From Octopus sinensis (Eukaryota): a stretch of 64,000 bases of DNA. The notes under the pieces are model-generated. The model was not told the origin of the DNA, did not search any database, and worked only from the letters and a program-made list of their open reading frames with translations. The position numbers and the translations under genes were made by a program. Within the stretch, counting starts at the first letter, position 1. Every line of letters begins with the position of its first letter. The stretch is taken from assembly GCF_006345805.1 (NCBI RefSeq), contig NC_043007.1, positions 2,914,001-2,978,000 on the forward strand, read 5' to 3'. Shown piece after piece: positions 36,455-50,129 of this stretch.

Positions 36455-37652
36455 GGGTTCAACAAAATAATAGACAATTCTTAATATTTCAAACAAATTT
36501 ATTTTGTATATGGAGTAGGACCGCCTTTAGCAGAAATTACTGCTTGAACTCTTCGAGGAATGGAATTTTTGTCCATTCCGCTGCTAAGACTGTCTCCAGG
36601 TCTTGTAGTGATGATGGTGCAGGATATCGACTCTTTACTTGTTTTTTTTCTAAAATGCACCATAAATGTTCAATAATATTGAGATCTGGGGACCGTGGTG
36701 GCCAGATAAGATGTTCACCTTTACTAGAATCTTCTCGTGCCACTAAGTAACAAGTTTAGCTGTGTGAATTGGTGCATTATCATCCTGAAAGATTGCGTTT
36801 CGCTCCGGAGACAATAGGATGATTTTAATCCGATAATTTGCTTAAATAGTCTTGGATATTATTTCTGCCATGACCTAAAACAATTGGACCGGCATATTTC
36901 CAAAATATAGGACCCCAAATCAACACTGATTCTCCTCCATGTTTAACAGTTGGAAGAAGGCAGTCTGGTCAAATGCTTCATTTGGCTGTCTCTACACATA
37001 TACTCGGTCGGTTGTCGGATATAAAATAAAGGATGTCTCATTTGCGAAAATAACATTCTTCCACTGCTCTAGGGACTAATTCTGTAGACTTGTACGCTTT
37101 GCAAGGTTTGTTTCTGAAGGTAGTGGTTTTCTGATTGCAGGCCCCCTATGAAATCCGGCTTTGTGCAGCTCCTCGCGAACAACTTTTGTTGAAACTGGGT
37201 TCTCGGGATGGTCATTAAGCTCTGCAGTAATTTTGGGAGCTGTACTTTTATGATCCTTTCTGACAATTCGGTCCCAATCTGAAAGTTTCGGTTTTCTTCT
37301 GGAGTTTAGTTTTAGCGAGATGTTTCCTTCTTTCTCAAAGGCTGTCATCCCTTTCGAGTCAGTACTTCTTGATATACCAAACAATTCGGCTGTTACGCTA
37401 GCACCGGAAAAAACGAGCACCAACGATTTGACCTCTTTGAAAGTCCGATAGCTCTATCAGTTTAATGAATTTTATTTAACTTTTTCTTATAATATCTGGA
37501 AAAAAACAGCAATTTTAGCAAATCATATTCAGCAACACTAATAATAATTTAAAAAAATACATAAAAATAAACAAGCTTTTGATGGTTTTATAGATATTTC
37601 AAAATCATGATGCTATGATGGTAGGTGATTCCATTATTTTGTCCAACCCCTG
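36452..37652 (-). mobile_element. near full-length degenerate Tc1 transposon in (TA)n
   Basis: TIRs caggggttcaacaaaataat and caggggttggacaaaataat with TA flanks; transposase remnants include WPPRSPDLNIIEHLW and RKDHKSTAPKITAELN. Confidence 0.9.
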
Positions 37653-38848
37653 TATATATATATATATATACACAAAGATTGATGATACTGTAAATGAATT
37701 AAGAAAATTCTGATTTTCACTACCTAAAGTGGCTCAGCCATGATGTTATTGCATCAGTTTCATCACTTTGTCTATCGCCTCACTTGCTACATAAACTAAC
37801 TAAGACTGTTGTGTGTCACGTGAGCGTGACTTAGGTGTTATACCTTGCTTGTCTAGAAACCATATTGAAAAACGAATTCGCGCCGTCATTTTCTATTTCA
37901 CTTCTAATTAAGAGTGCGTACTACATTATTTTGTTGGTGGTATTTTAAAGATGTAATATAGGAAATTAGGTTAATAATTACTATCTGTGACCAGAAAAAT
38001 ATTCATTCAAATAAAACTCGAACAATATGTCGAATGAATATTTCCGAAAAAAAGAAAATTTTGCAATGAATATTTAATATTATTCCGTAAGACAACAGCT
38101 TAAAAACAATATATTTGATGGCAAAAATGTTTGCTAAGCTAATGAGGAAGATATTGGAATATGAGACAATTGAATTTGTAAAGTCAACTTGTATTATACG
38201 AAGAAGAAGCCTGTGTGCCAATGTCGGCGGTGGAAGATATCCAAATTAATTTCTTTGGATACTGGAGTTATAACATGTAAATTAAATTTATAGGTTATAC
38301 CCGTCATGTATCGTTACATAAGTATGAGTTTGAGTGTAGATGAGAGAGTTCCATCTTTATTTTCTAAGCCTTGTACTCATTTTATCGTTTTATTTTGCCG
38401 AACTGCTAAGCTGCGGATACGTAAACAAACCAGCATCGGTGGTCAGGCGATGGTAGGAACAAACAAAAACACAAAGATTTGCACATATATAATCACATAC
38501 ACTCATACAACCACACACCTATATATATATATATAATATATATATATATATATTATATATATATATATATATACATATATATACATATATACATATACAT
38601 ATATTATTCGTGTGTATATATATACATATATGTGTGTAATAATGGTTTTTCTCGCACAAGTTTTGCGTCTTAATTTCAAGCACGAATTATCGGTCAGCCA
38701 AAATTACGACATTTGCCCAAGTTGCCAGGCAAAGGGAAACCACACTCAACACCATTTGATCACGAAGATACATATATATATATTATATATATATATATAC
38801 ATATATGTGTGTGTATATATATAAATATGTGTGTGTATGTATGTGTAT

Positions 38849-38887
<39 letters not shown>

Positions 38888-38899
38888 CTATATATATAT

Positions 38900-38951
<52 letters not shown>

Positions 38952-39595
38952 ATATTACTTTTTAAGGTAATCATTTATTTGTACATTTTTGTGGAGCTCT
39001 TTCGAATCATCTTCTGAATGTTTTGGATGAAACACTTCAGAGTTAATCAAACCCTCCGAACATTTTCAAGATGAACTTCGATCATCCTGTTAATTTATTG
39101 TAGTTATTAATACATCTGGGCAATGCCAGGCACGGCTTACAGTAACATAATCATTCTAATATTTAAATATTTATTCGCTTAATAATTAAAATCACACATA
39201 TACGTGTAAATACGTACGTCGATTCCCTATCTAACGTGAAATATATCTGCAATACATTTACATTTTAATGGAAATTGGAAAAGTGTTAAATATGTAAATA
39301 TAGTTTCCCTTCGCTTATATCAATGGGCAATGCAACTAAATAGAAACACAATGGGAAAATAGGTTGAATTTAAAGTATGCTGCAGATGATATTCTGTAGT
39401 AGTTAATCACTTTTTATACGATATAAATTTCACAGGCCAACGCTCCAAGCGGCAGCTAGAAATATCAGCCAAACCACCTTCAAGTCACATTCGACTGATG
39501 TGACTTTTAAAATTTAAGGGCACATTGATCTACATTCTATCGTCAAAAGCGAGATAGTCGTAAATAGAATGTTCATTTAAATGTGTGTAAGTGTA

Positions 39596-39645
<50 letters not shown>

Positions 39646-39770
39646 GTGTGTGTGTGTGTGGTGTGTGTGTGTGTGTATTTGTATTTGTATATCTATCTGT
39701 CCAGCTATCTATCTATTAGCATACCTACACACACGCACAAACACATGCACATATACACACACACACACAC

Positions 39771-39828
<58 letters not shown>

Positions 39829-39829
39829 T

Positions 39830-40700
39830 TATGAGAGGTAATGGTGTCATTAAGACCCAAAGGTCTCAGGTAAAGCTGAGTAAGTGCTATGGACAGACTA
39901 TAGTTAAGCTCCAGGTTCGGTGATTATGCGAATAAGGAGTCCAACGTAGGTCATGTATCAGCATGTTTACATATAATTTTTTTTCAGAAATAGATAAAAA
40001 AGAATAAGGCTTTGAAGATTTTAGAACATTTATAAATAGAAGTTCTTACAGCTGTTTCCAGGATAGTTATAATATCCCTTCATCGGAGACGGTGTGAGAA
40101 AATGGTTAAACAATAGTTAATTTAGATAAGATACGAAATAGAGATGTGGAGGAATGAAAATAGATGTGAGATATGCAGGGATATTACATTTTTAGATCCA
40201 TTATTTAGGCAGAATGGTATACATGTAAGATTCCAATACCTTGAGTAAATTCCAATAGTATTTAAAATCGGTCATTCCAAGTATAGAGTTTGTACACAGT
40301 GCTATTGAATCAAGGGTTTTATTTAAAGTGACCTAAAAGTAGGGAAATATATTTGTAAGGTCAAATCGAAAATAGGAAGAGAGGAATAAAGGGAAGAAAA
40401 GAGAAGAATAAAGTAAAAGAAAAAAGAACAAAACTTGAAGAGAGGAATAAAGAAAAGAAAAAAGAAAAACAAGGAGAGAGATAATAAGGGAAAGTGTACA
40501 GATAATTTGAAAGTAGGAATGGGGAGAGAAGAGGAGAGTGATAGAGAGAGAAATATATTAGAGTGTGAAAAGATAGAAGGAATAGGGGTGATAGAGAGAG
40601 AGGGAGGAGTATAATAATGTAAAAGTTTCATTGGCTTTAGGTTAAAATATTTTGCGTGAATTAGTGTAGGAAATACTACAGATATGATCTATTTTATATT
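39830..40700 (-). mobile_element. probable Penelope-like 3' end with degenerate hammerhead
   Basis: Weak KIF*PKAN resemblance to the GIY-YIG C-terminus, a CT-rich UTR, and ucuCCGAUGAaggg...ccugGAAAcagcugUAaga at 40043-40090. Confidence 0.45.
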
Positions 40701-41131
40701 TAAGGAGACGAATTTACTGAAATTCACTTCAGGCAACAAGCACACCTTTATCTAATTGTAAATAAATTCTAGTAAAACATGTACATATATGATCATACAA
40801 ATACCTACGGTTTCTATACTTGAAAGAACTGCATGTAGGCTAATTCGATAGGGAGTCGTGGTATCGGCTGAACGATTGAAAATTTGCATCACAATATCAG
40901 CATTATATCGTATTAGGAGAGTTTTTGTTTAATGCTTTCGAATGCAAATATACAACAGAAGCTGTACAAACAGTTAAACTATATTTCAATTATACATATT
41001 GAATTTGGAATATCAGTTGAGATATTCACGCGCTGAAACTTAATGAAGTAAAATTTAAGAGCTACGATATATTTTAGTCTTTTCTAAATATTTTTTAGAG
41101 ATAAATAAAGAATATATTTGTTGTAATAATA

Positions 41132-41490
41132 CTAACCCTTTCTACTGAAGGTGCAAGGCCTGGAATTTTGGGGAAGAAACTAGTCGATTAAATCGAGCCC
41201 AGTGTTTCACTAGTATTTAATTTATCGACCACGAAGGGAATTTGAACTCAGAGCGTAGAGACGAGCCAAAGGCCGCTAAGCAATTTTCCCCACGTGTTAG
41301 CCATTCTGCCAGTTCGCAACCATAATAATAATATTAATATTGATCTCAAATTTTGGTACAAGGCCAGTAAGTTTAGGCGAGGGGTATAAGTCGATTACAT
41401 CAACCCCAGTATTCAGCTGGGACGTATTTCAAGGATTCTGAGAGGTTGAAAAGTAAAGTCAACCTCCGCAGAATTTGAACTCAGAACGTG
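41132..41490 (-). mobile_element. two degenerate SINE copies with type-2 tails
   Basis: gcaaggcctggaatttt and acaaggccagtaagttt tails; gaatttgaactcaga B-box. Confidence 0.65.
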
Positions 41491-41502
41491 AGTAGTAGTA
41501 CC

Positions 41503-41591
<89 letters not shown>

Positions 41592-41596
41592 TGATA

Positions 41597-41688
<92 letters not shown>

Positions 41689-41689
<1 letters not shown>

Positions 41690-42195
41690 TACTTGACAGA
41701 GCAAAAGAGTGGTACGAACATAAACCCGAAGGCATCATTGAAAATGATAATGCAAAGATTCTATGGGATTTTATGTTTCATAGTAACCATGAAATAGAGA
41801 ATAGGAAGCCGGACATAGTGTTAATTGAGAACGAAAGCAAACGATGCTGGATCATAAATACAGCATACCCAGCTGACAAAATGGTATACAATTAGGAAGA
41901 AAAAAAAGTTGGTAAATATGGGATGTTATGCAGTTGTGGTCGCTGAAAAAAGGTGGTAGTGGTAGTACCAATAATTGTCGGAGCCCTGGGAACAGTGAGC
42001 AAAAATCTTGAGAAGTACATGGAACAAATAGGGGCTGCAATAAGGGTGGAGCACTTGCAGAAAGCAACGCTGCTTGGAACCGCTCAAATACTCCGGAAGA
42101 TGCTCGAAACATAAGAGGTGTTACCTTAGTTCACTGGTAGTGAACAGCTGACACCGTAGTACACCTCCAGCTTTAGAGGCTCTACATAGACAATA
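41689..42195 (+). mobile_element. R4/Dong-like LINE 3' fragment in (AAT)n
   Basis: WYEHKPEGIIENDNAKILWDF..ENRKPDIVLIENESKRCWII..YPAD..VVVVPIIVGALGTVSKNLEKY..LQKATLLGTAQILRKMLET*. Confidence 0.88.
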
Positions 42196-42399
42196 AATGA
42201 TAGTATTTATTAATAATGTTTGGAGAAATTGGGATTGACATGAATATAGAACATGTCTCATGGAACTGCTTTTTTATGGACAGCTAGGATCTTGAGATTG
42301 GCACTTAGGTGTTAAGTTTCGCGGAAAGAGATCCTGTGAGGGGCTCTTACAGAATTAGTCAAAGCAAGTAAAATCGAAGGCTCTGAGAACTGAAATGGA

Positions 42400-42453
42400 A
42401 ATAGCAGCTGCAGCAGCAACAGCAGCAGCAGCAACAACAACAACAACAACAAC

Positions 42454-42484
<31 letters not shown>

Positions 42485-42593
42485 TATTATTAATAATAAA
42501 ATATTATTATAATAATATTAATAATAATAATAATAAAATATTATTATTATTAATAATAATAATAATAATAGTAATAATAATAATAATAATAAC

Positions 42594-42628
<35 letters not shown>

Positions 42629-42726
42629 TAATAATAATAATAGCAATAATAATAATAATAAAATATTATTATTAATAATATTAATAAATATATTATTATT
42701 AATAATAATAATAAAATATTATTATT

Positions 42727-42777
<51 letters not shown>

Positions 42778-42780
42778 CGA
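42400..42780. repeat. (GCA)(ACA)(AAT)n compound array
   Basis: Seen directly. Confidence 0.95.
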
Positions 42781-43085
42781 AGAGAAATATGAAGAAAAAA
42801 TGAGCGACCATAATGAATTGAAGCATGAAATACGCAGGTTCTGGGCTTTAAAAAGGGTGAACGTGATATCAATTGTGATTTGTACTCAACTACCAACGTT
42901 TCTCGAAAAGATTGGAACGAATGTAAAGATAGAACGCCTACAAAAATTATCGTTGCTTGGAAGTGCTAGAGTTCTTCGAAGGGTTCTTGAAGCATTATCA
43001 GTAAACATGTGTCACCTCAGCTTGCTAGGGGGTGGGCAGCTGATATTTTCCATGATACCCAGCAAAATAATTTGAGAGATTTCAA
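42781..43085 (+). mobile_element. R4/Dong-like LINE 3' fragment
   Basis: ELKHEIRRFWALKRVNVISIV..FLEKIGTNVKIERLQKLSLLGSARVLRRVLE. Confidence 0.75.
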
Positions 43086-43360
43086 GGAATAATTATGATA
43101 ATAATAATAATTGGTGCCTGTAACAATTGTTACATTAGGAATTGAGTTATGATATAGACAAATGGTTGGAATTGATTGAAATGGAGAGTCCTGATGATGA
43201 TGATGATGATGATGATAATATGAGATGGGTTTTGTGCACTTGGTAGACTATTGAAAGCATAGGGATGTCAAAGGTTACAGCAAGTACCATGCTACCCACA
43301 TAAAATGTATCAAGAATAAGACCAATAATAATAATGATAATAATAATAATAACAATAATA

Positions 43361-43404
<44 letters not shown>

Positions 43405-43540
43405 TTGCAGAAAACAACACTGCTTAGAACCACTCGAATACTCCGGATGATGCTTGAAAAATTGGGGGTGTTACCTTAGTTCACTGGTAGTGAACAGCTG
43501 ACACCGAAGTACATCTGCAGCGTTAGAAGCTGTGCAACAC
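43405..43540 (+). mobile_element. short R4/Dong-like LINE 3' tip
   Basis: LQKTTLLRTTRILRMMLEK plus the same 3' UTR as 41689-42195. Confidence 0.75.
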
Positions 43541-43561
43541 AATAATAATAATGATGATGAC

Positions 43562-43599
<38 letters not shown>

Positions 43600-43632
43600 T
43601 AATACAACTACTACTACTACTACTACTACTAC

Positions 43633-43691
<59 letters not shown>

Positions 43692-43700
43692 TAATAATAA

Positions 43701-44256
43701 ATTTCCTGATGCAGTACCAAGCAGTGGCCCTCATGGCCTCACATCTTAATTGCTTGGAAATGTTATCATGTATATTGTTTTGCCTTGGTATAAAAGATGG
43801 GCTACAGCAAATATTCTGTTCAATCCCACAGATTTGCTTATCGGTTGTTTGACCGTAACCAGTTGAGCATGTCCCTTAGTGGCTGACGATATGTGCATCT
43901 CTGATCACGAGCAGAAGTAGTGGGGGAGCATCATAGCCATGTGTTGAGAGGAATTCTTTGGGGTTTGGCTAATTCACAATTGTAAACATGGGTGTTTTGT
44001 TCATCATCCTTGAAAAACCCTTATTCAGGTACCTTTTGAGCGGGAAGGGCTACTCAACTTGCAGAAAATTCTAATTGGGTTCCACCTGCAAGGTCATGTG
44101 CTGTTTATCTTGATATAAGATCACCATATCGTACACATACGGTTGTGATGCATGTGCATGGTGTACCCTTATCAGACGGGTAGTCATGATGGGTATACTG
44201 GGCTTCGTATAATTTACCCCAGTGTTACTTTGATGGCATGCACTGATCTCTCACTC
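43701..44256 (+). mobile_element. ~560-bp (TAA)n element, full-length copy
   Basis: Reverse complement of 9077-9635; (AAT)n on both sides. Confidence 0.85.
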
Positions 44257-44328
<72 letters not shown>

Positions 44329-44699
44329 CCTTCTTATTATAGGCACAAGGCCTGGAATTTCAGGTAAGGGGGATAGTCGATCACATCGACCCCAGTGATT
44401 GATTGCTATTTAATTTATAATTATATATGATAGTGTGAAGAATGGTTCGAATGTATGGAGCGACTCTAAGCATGCCAGGGGACTGTGCCTTTGGTCATAA
44501 AGGTGAGCCTGGATCTGTGGCTTTCCTTCGTTGACCCTTGTTCTTTCTTCTCTGGAGAACTGCACCTTTCGTATTTTGCTTATTATTTAAATATATTTTT
44601 GATCTCAATTCTCTCTCCGTTGCCTTCCTTCCTGTTCATCGTTTACGTAAACACCAACACAAAATATAAACTGTCCAAGTAATGTCCAATACATTTGAC

Positions 44700-45007
44700 T
44701 CCTCTGTGACTAATTAAAGATATCACTATCAAATTCATCATCATCATCATCACCATCACCATCATCATCATCATCATTATCAAATTCATCATCATCATCA
44801 TCAACATTACCATAATCACCATCATCATCATCACCATCACCATAATCATCAACATCATCATTATCACCATCACCATAATAATAATAATAATCATCATCAT
44901 CATCACCGTCATCATGATCATCACCATCATCATCATCATCAACATCATCACCACCAACAACAACAACACCACCACCATCATCATCGTCATCGTCATCATC
45001 ATCATCA

Positions 45008-45063
<56 letters not shown>

Positions 45064-45125
45064 GATGTTACTGTTGTTGTTGTTGCTGGTGGTGGTTTTG
45101 GTAGTGCTATTGCTGCTGCTGTTCT
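44700..45125. repeat. (CAT)/(ATT)/(GTT)/(GGT)/(GCT) compound trinucleotide array
   Basis: Seen directly. Confidence 0.9.
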
Positions 45126-45301
45126 TTAATTATTTGTTTGATGCTTGAAAGGTCATTGAACCGGTCACAGATGTGTGATGAAAGACTTTCGTACAAATGA
45201 AAAAATGATCCATGGTTTAAATTTCAGGTAATTTGTAATGTAAAAATGCGAGCATTTATCACAACTACGCTGTGTGTGTGTGCGTCTCCATGCGTGTGTA
45301 G

Positions 45302-45346
<45 letters not shown>

Positions 45347-45451
45347 TGTCTCCGTGCGTATGTGTTTGTGCGTGCATGTCTAAGCGAATGCGTCCCTGCT
45401 TGATTTCTAATTTCTAGAATACATACACACACACACACGCACACATACGTA

Positions 45452-45485
<34 letters not shown>

Positions 45486-45583
45486 ACGGGAAGCTTTATG
45501 AAAATAAACAAAAGACGAAGGCAGGTGGAAAACAAACGAACAATTGTATTAGTATGGCGCTCAGGAAATATAAATAAAACAAG

Positions 45584-45621
45584 TCTTTAACGTTTCGAGC
45601 CTACGCTCTTCAACAGAAAGA
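45584..45621 (-). ncRNA. minimal type I hammerhead-like motif (copy 1)
   Basis: ucuuu CUGUUGA a gagc guag gcuc GAAA c g UU aaaga; A6 replaced by U; helix III has no loop and is palindromic (aacguu). Confidence 0.55.
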
Positions 45622-46098
45622 TACACAGAGAGAGAAAAACACAGAAAGAAGGAGAGAAAAAAAATGCGTGCAGTAGCTAACGAATCAACATGGCGATCTG
45701 ATTTCGGCCAGAGGTCAAAGATCAAACATGAGACGCGAGAGCGAAATAAAAATACAACAAACGGGACAGTTTATGCAAACAAGTTCAAGGTTGAAAGTTC
45801 AAGGTGAGAAATGTGTAGACGTCGTGGTATATTTTTTAAGGATTTCACATCAATGCAAAGTCACTTTGATCCGCGAAAGAGAGGTGCAGCCGATGGTAAG
45901 TATCCAAGAGGTAAAGAAAATCCAAGGTAGAGGTAAGTGTTGATAGTGGTATTGGTAGAATATAGGATGAAAGTGAGACCACGTGAGCGCATAATATATA
46001 ACGGGAAGCTTTATGAAAATAAACAAAAGACGAAGGCAGGTGGAAAACAAACGAACAATTGTATTAGTATGGCGCTCAGGAAATATAAATAAAACAAG

Positions 46099-46136
46099 TC
46101 TTTAACGTTTCGAGCCTACGCTCTTCAACAGAAAGA
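46099..46136 (-). ncRNA. minimal type I hammerhead-like motif (copy 2)
   Basis: Identical to 45584-45621. Confidence 0.55.
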
Positions 46137-46778
46137 TACACAGAGAGAGAAAAACACAGAAAGAAGGAGAGAAAAAAAATGCGTGCAGTAGCTAACGAAT
46201 CAACATGGCGATATATATATACCTAGGCCAATTCTCAATTTTTGAGGAGGAGTAGCCCCTACAAGACACACACCATGCATTCCTTTCATTTCTCAGGTCA
46301 AAGGGGCGAGTCCCGTTCTATGCTCGGGTCAGGCATAGAGCGAAACCCACCCCTAATATCAGCAGTAGGGACCCGCAGCATATGCTGGTTTACTCCCACC
46401 GCATCGTGCTCGTTCCGTACCCCTTTGAGCAACATCAAATTCACTCATCCGTCGGCAAACACTCTCCACGCATTTCTATCATTTATTACATGGAAACTTC
46501 GAGCTAGTGAAATGATATTCTTAAGGGTACATACCTAGAAATGTACAGGACAAGTTGTTACACTCGGAAAAGTGCAGGACAGGTTATTACATCTTATGAA
46601 GTACAGAACAAGAACATTTTTATTTAATATATTGCAGCTAAAGATAAAATTTTAATACACTCGTCTTTTCGCTTTCAATACTCAACCTTTTGTCTCACAG
46701 CATACATTTCACAACTCTCACTCTCTCACTCTATATTACCTCCCTCTCTCACTCTATATCCCACTTACTCAGCTAACC

Positions 46779-47006
46779 TATTTCTTTATTACCCACAAGG
46801 GGCTAAACGTAGAGGGGACAAACAAGGACAGACATAGGTATTAAGTCGATTACATCGACCCCAGTGCGTAACTGGTACTTAATTTATCGACCCCGAAAGG
46901 ATGAAAGGTAAAGTCGACCTCGGCGGAATTTGAACTCAGAATGTAACAGCAGACGAAATACCGCTAAGCATTTCGCCCGACGTGCTAACGATTCTGCTAG
47001 CTCGCC
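46779..47006 (-). mobile_element. tRNA-headed SINE with Tx1-type tail and 13-bp TSD
   Basis: TSD tactcagctaacc at 46766-46778 and 47007-47019; tail gccccttgtgggtaataaagaaat at 46780-46803. Confidence 0.92.
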
Positions 47007-47464
47007 TACTCAGCTAACCCATCACCATCCACCGTCCCATGTGATCCCAGATACTTAAAACAACTCACCTCTTCTAGCACCTCACCATTTATACTCACAT
47101 CCATCCTACCAGCCATTCCATCTTCCGAACATCTTATCACCTTGCCTTTAGCTATATTCACTTTCAGCTTCCTCCTCTCAGTCTCCTCAGTTGTTCTTCG
47201 GAATCCGCCAGCAGCAATGTATCATCGGCAAACAACTGACACACCTGATATTTCTCTCCATTTTCTCCCAGCATTCGGGCTTCTAGTAAAACTATATTCC
47301 TGAAAAGACAGCAACATATACATACATTCATTCATACATACATACATACATACATACATACATACATACATACATACATACATACATACATACGTGAATG
47401 CATGCATACACACACACACACACACAGACATATATATATATGTATATATATATATATTATACAT

Positions 47465-47535
<71 letters not shown>

Positions 47536-47758
47536 TATTGACAAGGAAATGAACTTTCGATTCTAATCCAGAAACGAATTCGTCCATAAGTAATCCAATA
47601 GGCTCGGATTTCGTTGTCTCCTTCCTCTTTACCATATACGGGTTACAAATTCTGTTTGTTTGTGGAGCCTTATTTTTTCTAGTAGTAGTAATAGTGACCT
47701 ATATGGCTGCTATTTCTAATATTTTCGGTTTTGACCAACTTGTTGCAATTAATCCTTC

Positions 47759-47807
<49 letters not shown>

Positions 47808-47980
47808 TATTATATATATATATAAGTAAATAATACACAAATTACTGCACATTAACCCGGAGTTTCTACCTTTGAATAGGTCGCTTCATCCGTGTTACTT
47901 GCGTGAATTTTGCTACCCTGGTAACTGTTTATTGAATTTTCCATGTTAACAGTAAACAAAGGATAATTCATTCATCCATT

Positions 47981-48086
<106 letters not shown>

Positions 48087-49279
48087 CGATATCTAATCAA
48101 AGTTCTCTACTTATATGTACAAAAATGATATTTACTAGTAGTAATTATTAAGCCACACATTCTCGTCTCAATTATTACATTAGTTTGCTGTGTTTTAGCA
48201 ATAGGCGTAGAGTAAGGTTTACTAAAATATTCCCCGTGACGCTCCTGATTTTTGACGACGATAGAATGTGTTATAATCGAGATTTGACGTTATTTCTAGC
48301 CGGCCGAATTGCCATGTTAACATTGCCACCTCCTCATTGACTCGCAATAACATTGTACGTTATATTATAATTTCTATTTTCTTTAAGTTCGATACACTTC
48401 ATTTCGTTCAAGGCGTTTTAAAGGTCGAAAATAAATTCTTTCGTTAATAGCTAATCTAATAATGGTTAATGCCCCTCCTGTGATATACTAAGTGATATAC
48501 TCTAAAAAGGATTTTCTTATCTGTTCAAATCATGATATATTGTAAACAAAATAATTCTCCTTCTATATAACTTTATTAATTTAAATTTCTTCTTCAAATA
48601 ACACTATTATCATACAGATAATTCCTTTGATCTCTTTCGGCATGCATTTCCTAATTATGTTTTCTTCACAGGAGAAAAACCCAAAGGTTGTTCTCTATTG
48701 GATTTAGATGTTCAATATTAAACATCAGAGCGAAGCACATCTGCCTACGTTATTATATTATAAAATTTAATTCGCATGGAATTGAAAGTAGAGCATTAAC
48801 ACAAGCTGTTTCTTGTTATTGCTCGTTAACCCTAGGTTAGCCCAGATCAAGATTTATACTCAAATGAGACCATACCGTTAATATACCCAAATTTTATGTC
48901 TATCATTGTCCTTTTCATCTTTGTATAATTTAGATGGTTGGTCATGTAAGTTATGACTGAAGAGGGTTACATCCATGAATGATGCACAATTAAAATTAAA
49001 TATTCAGTTACTTTGGTCACAGAAAGTTTAAAAAGTATTCATTCATAAACAACTCTAGCACGGCTGCATAGTCAAGTAATTTGAATTACAACCACATGAT
49101 TCTAGATTAGGTCAAACTGCGTATTCAGGAAAATAATGAAGGCTATTAACAGACAATTCTTCAGGAAAATTCTTTTGCAACATTACGGCACTGTAAGGCA
49201 ACGAAAACCTAACCGCCAGTGGCTTTAAAGAAAGGAACTTTCACACGCCCGACCTGATTCCGCCAAGAATATATATGTG

Positions 49280-49513
49280 GCCCAGTATTTAGAACCGTGG
49301 ACTCGCGGTCGTAGGATCGCGGTTTCGATTCCCAGACTGGGCGTTGTGAATGTTTATTGAGCGAAGACACCTAATGCTCCACGAGGTCCCGCCAGAGGGT
49401 GGTGGCGACCTTGCTGTACCCTCTCAGCACAACATTCTCCCACTGTGGAGTGCTCAGCCACTTGCACGCTAATTTCACGAGCAGGTTGCTCTGTCATAAC
49501 CGACGAAGTGCCT
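49280..49513 (+). mobile_element. internally deleted SINE (family of 29231-29612)
   Basis: ggtcgtaggatcgcggtttcgattcccagac head; gtgctcagccacttgcacg..aaccgacg tail. Confidence 0.75.
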
Positions 49514-49520
49514 CGATGAG

Positions 49521-49575
<55 letters not shown>

Positions 49576-50129
49576 CACACACATAAACACATACACTCAC
49601 ACACTCGCCTAAGTGCAGATATGTCTGTGCATTTATGATTTTCTCTATGTCTGTGTGCGAGGGTTCATTTATGTCAGGTAACATATCCCTTCGGCATATA
49701 GGGCAATGAAATATTAAACATAAGTGTAAGAGCTGATACACTCAATTCAAACCTATCAGGCGGTGTTCCTATACCACCAAACGAATAAAACCATTATGTC
49801 ATACTGGTACTCATACACTCCTCTGGTTTGTTAATTCAGTGAATTAATATTTTCATATTATGATTAGCAATTAGCCAATAAACAGGTAATATATTCATAT
49901 TATTGTAAATATATAAACTGTAATTATATTTACTTTGTGAAATATTCATTGATGTTCTTTCAATTGATTCCACGGAGATGCTAATAATTCCACAGTATTT
50001 GCTCTTGAGAGAACTGTAAAGCGTTGACAACTTGAAGACGATTAAGTAAAATTGTAATTCGTTGAACTGTTGAAATACACTGCTATGTTTCAAATAGACA
50101 CCCAAGTACAGTATCATTCCTCGCGTGTA

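Larger units (their letters stand above)
45481..46212 (-). mobile_element. non-coding element with identical 217-bp direct repeats (pseudo-LTR/retrozyme-like) in (TA)n
   Basis: 45481-45697 equals 45996-46212 by eye, period 515 nt, 298-bp spacer with no ORF. Confidence 0.8.

Noticed and set aside
46280-46380. Ribozyme around the ttctatgc/gcatagag hairpin followed by CGAAA
   Set aside because: No CUGAnGA core, and no room for an HDV P3/P1.1; it is just a hairpin.
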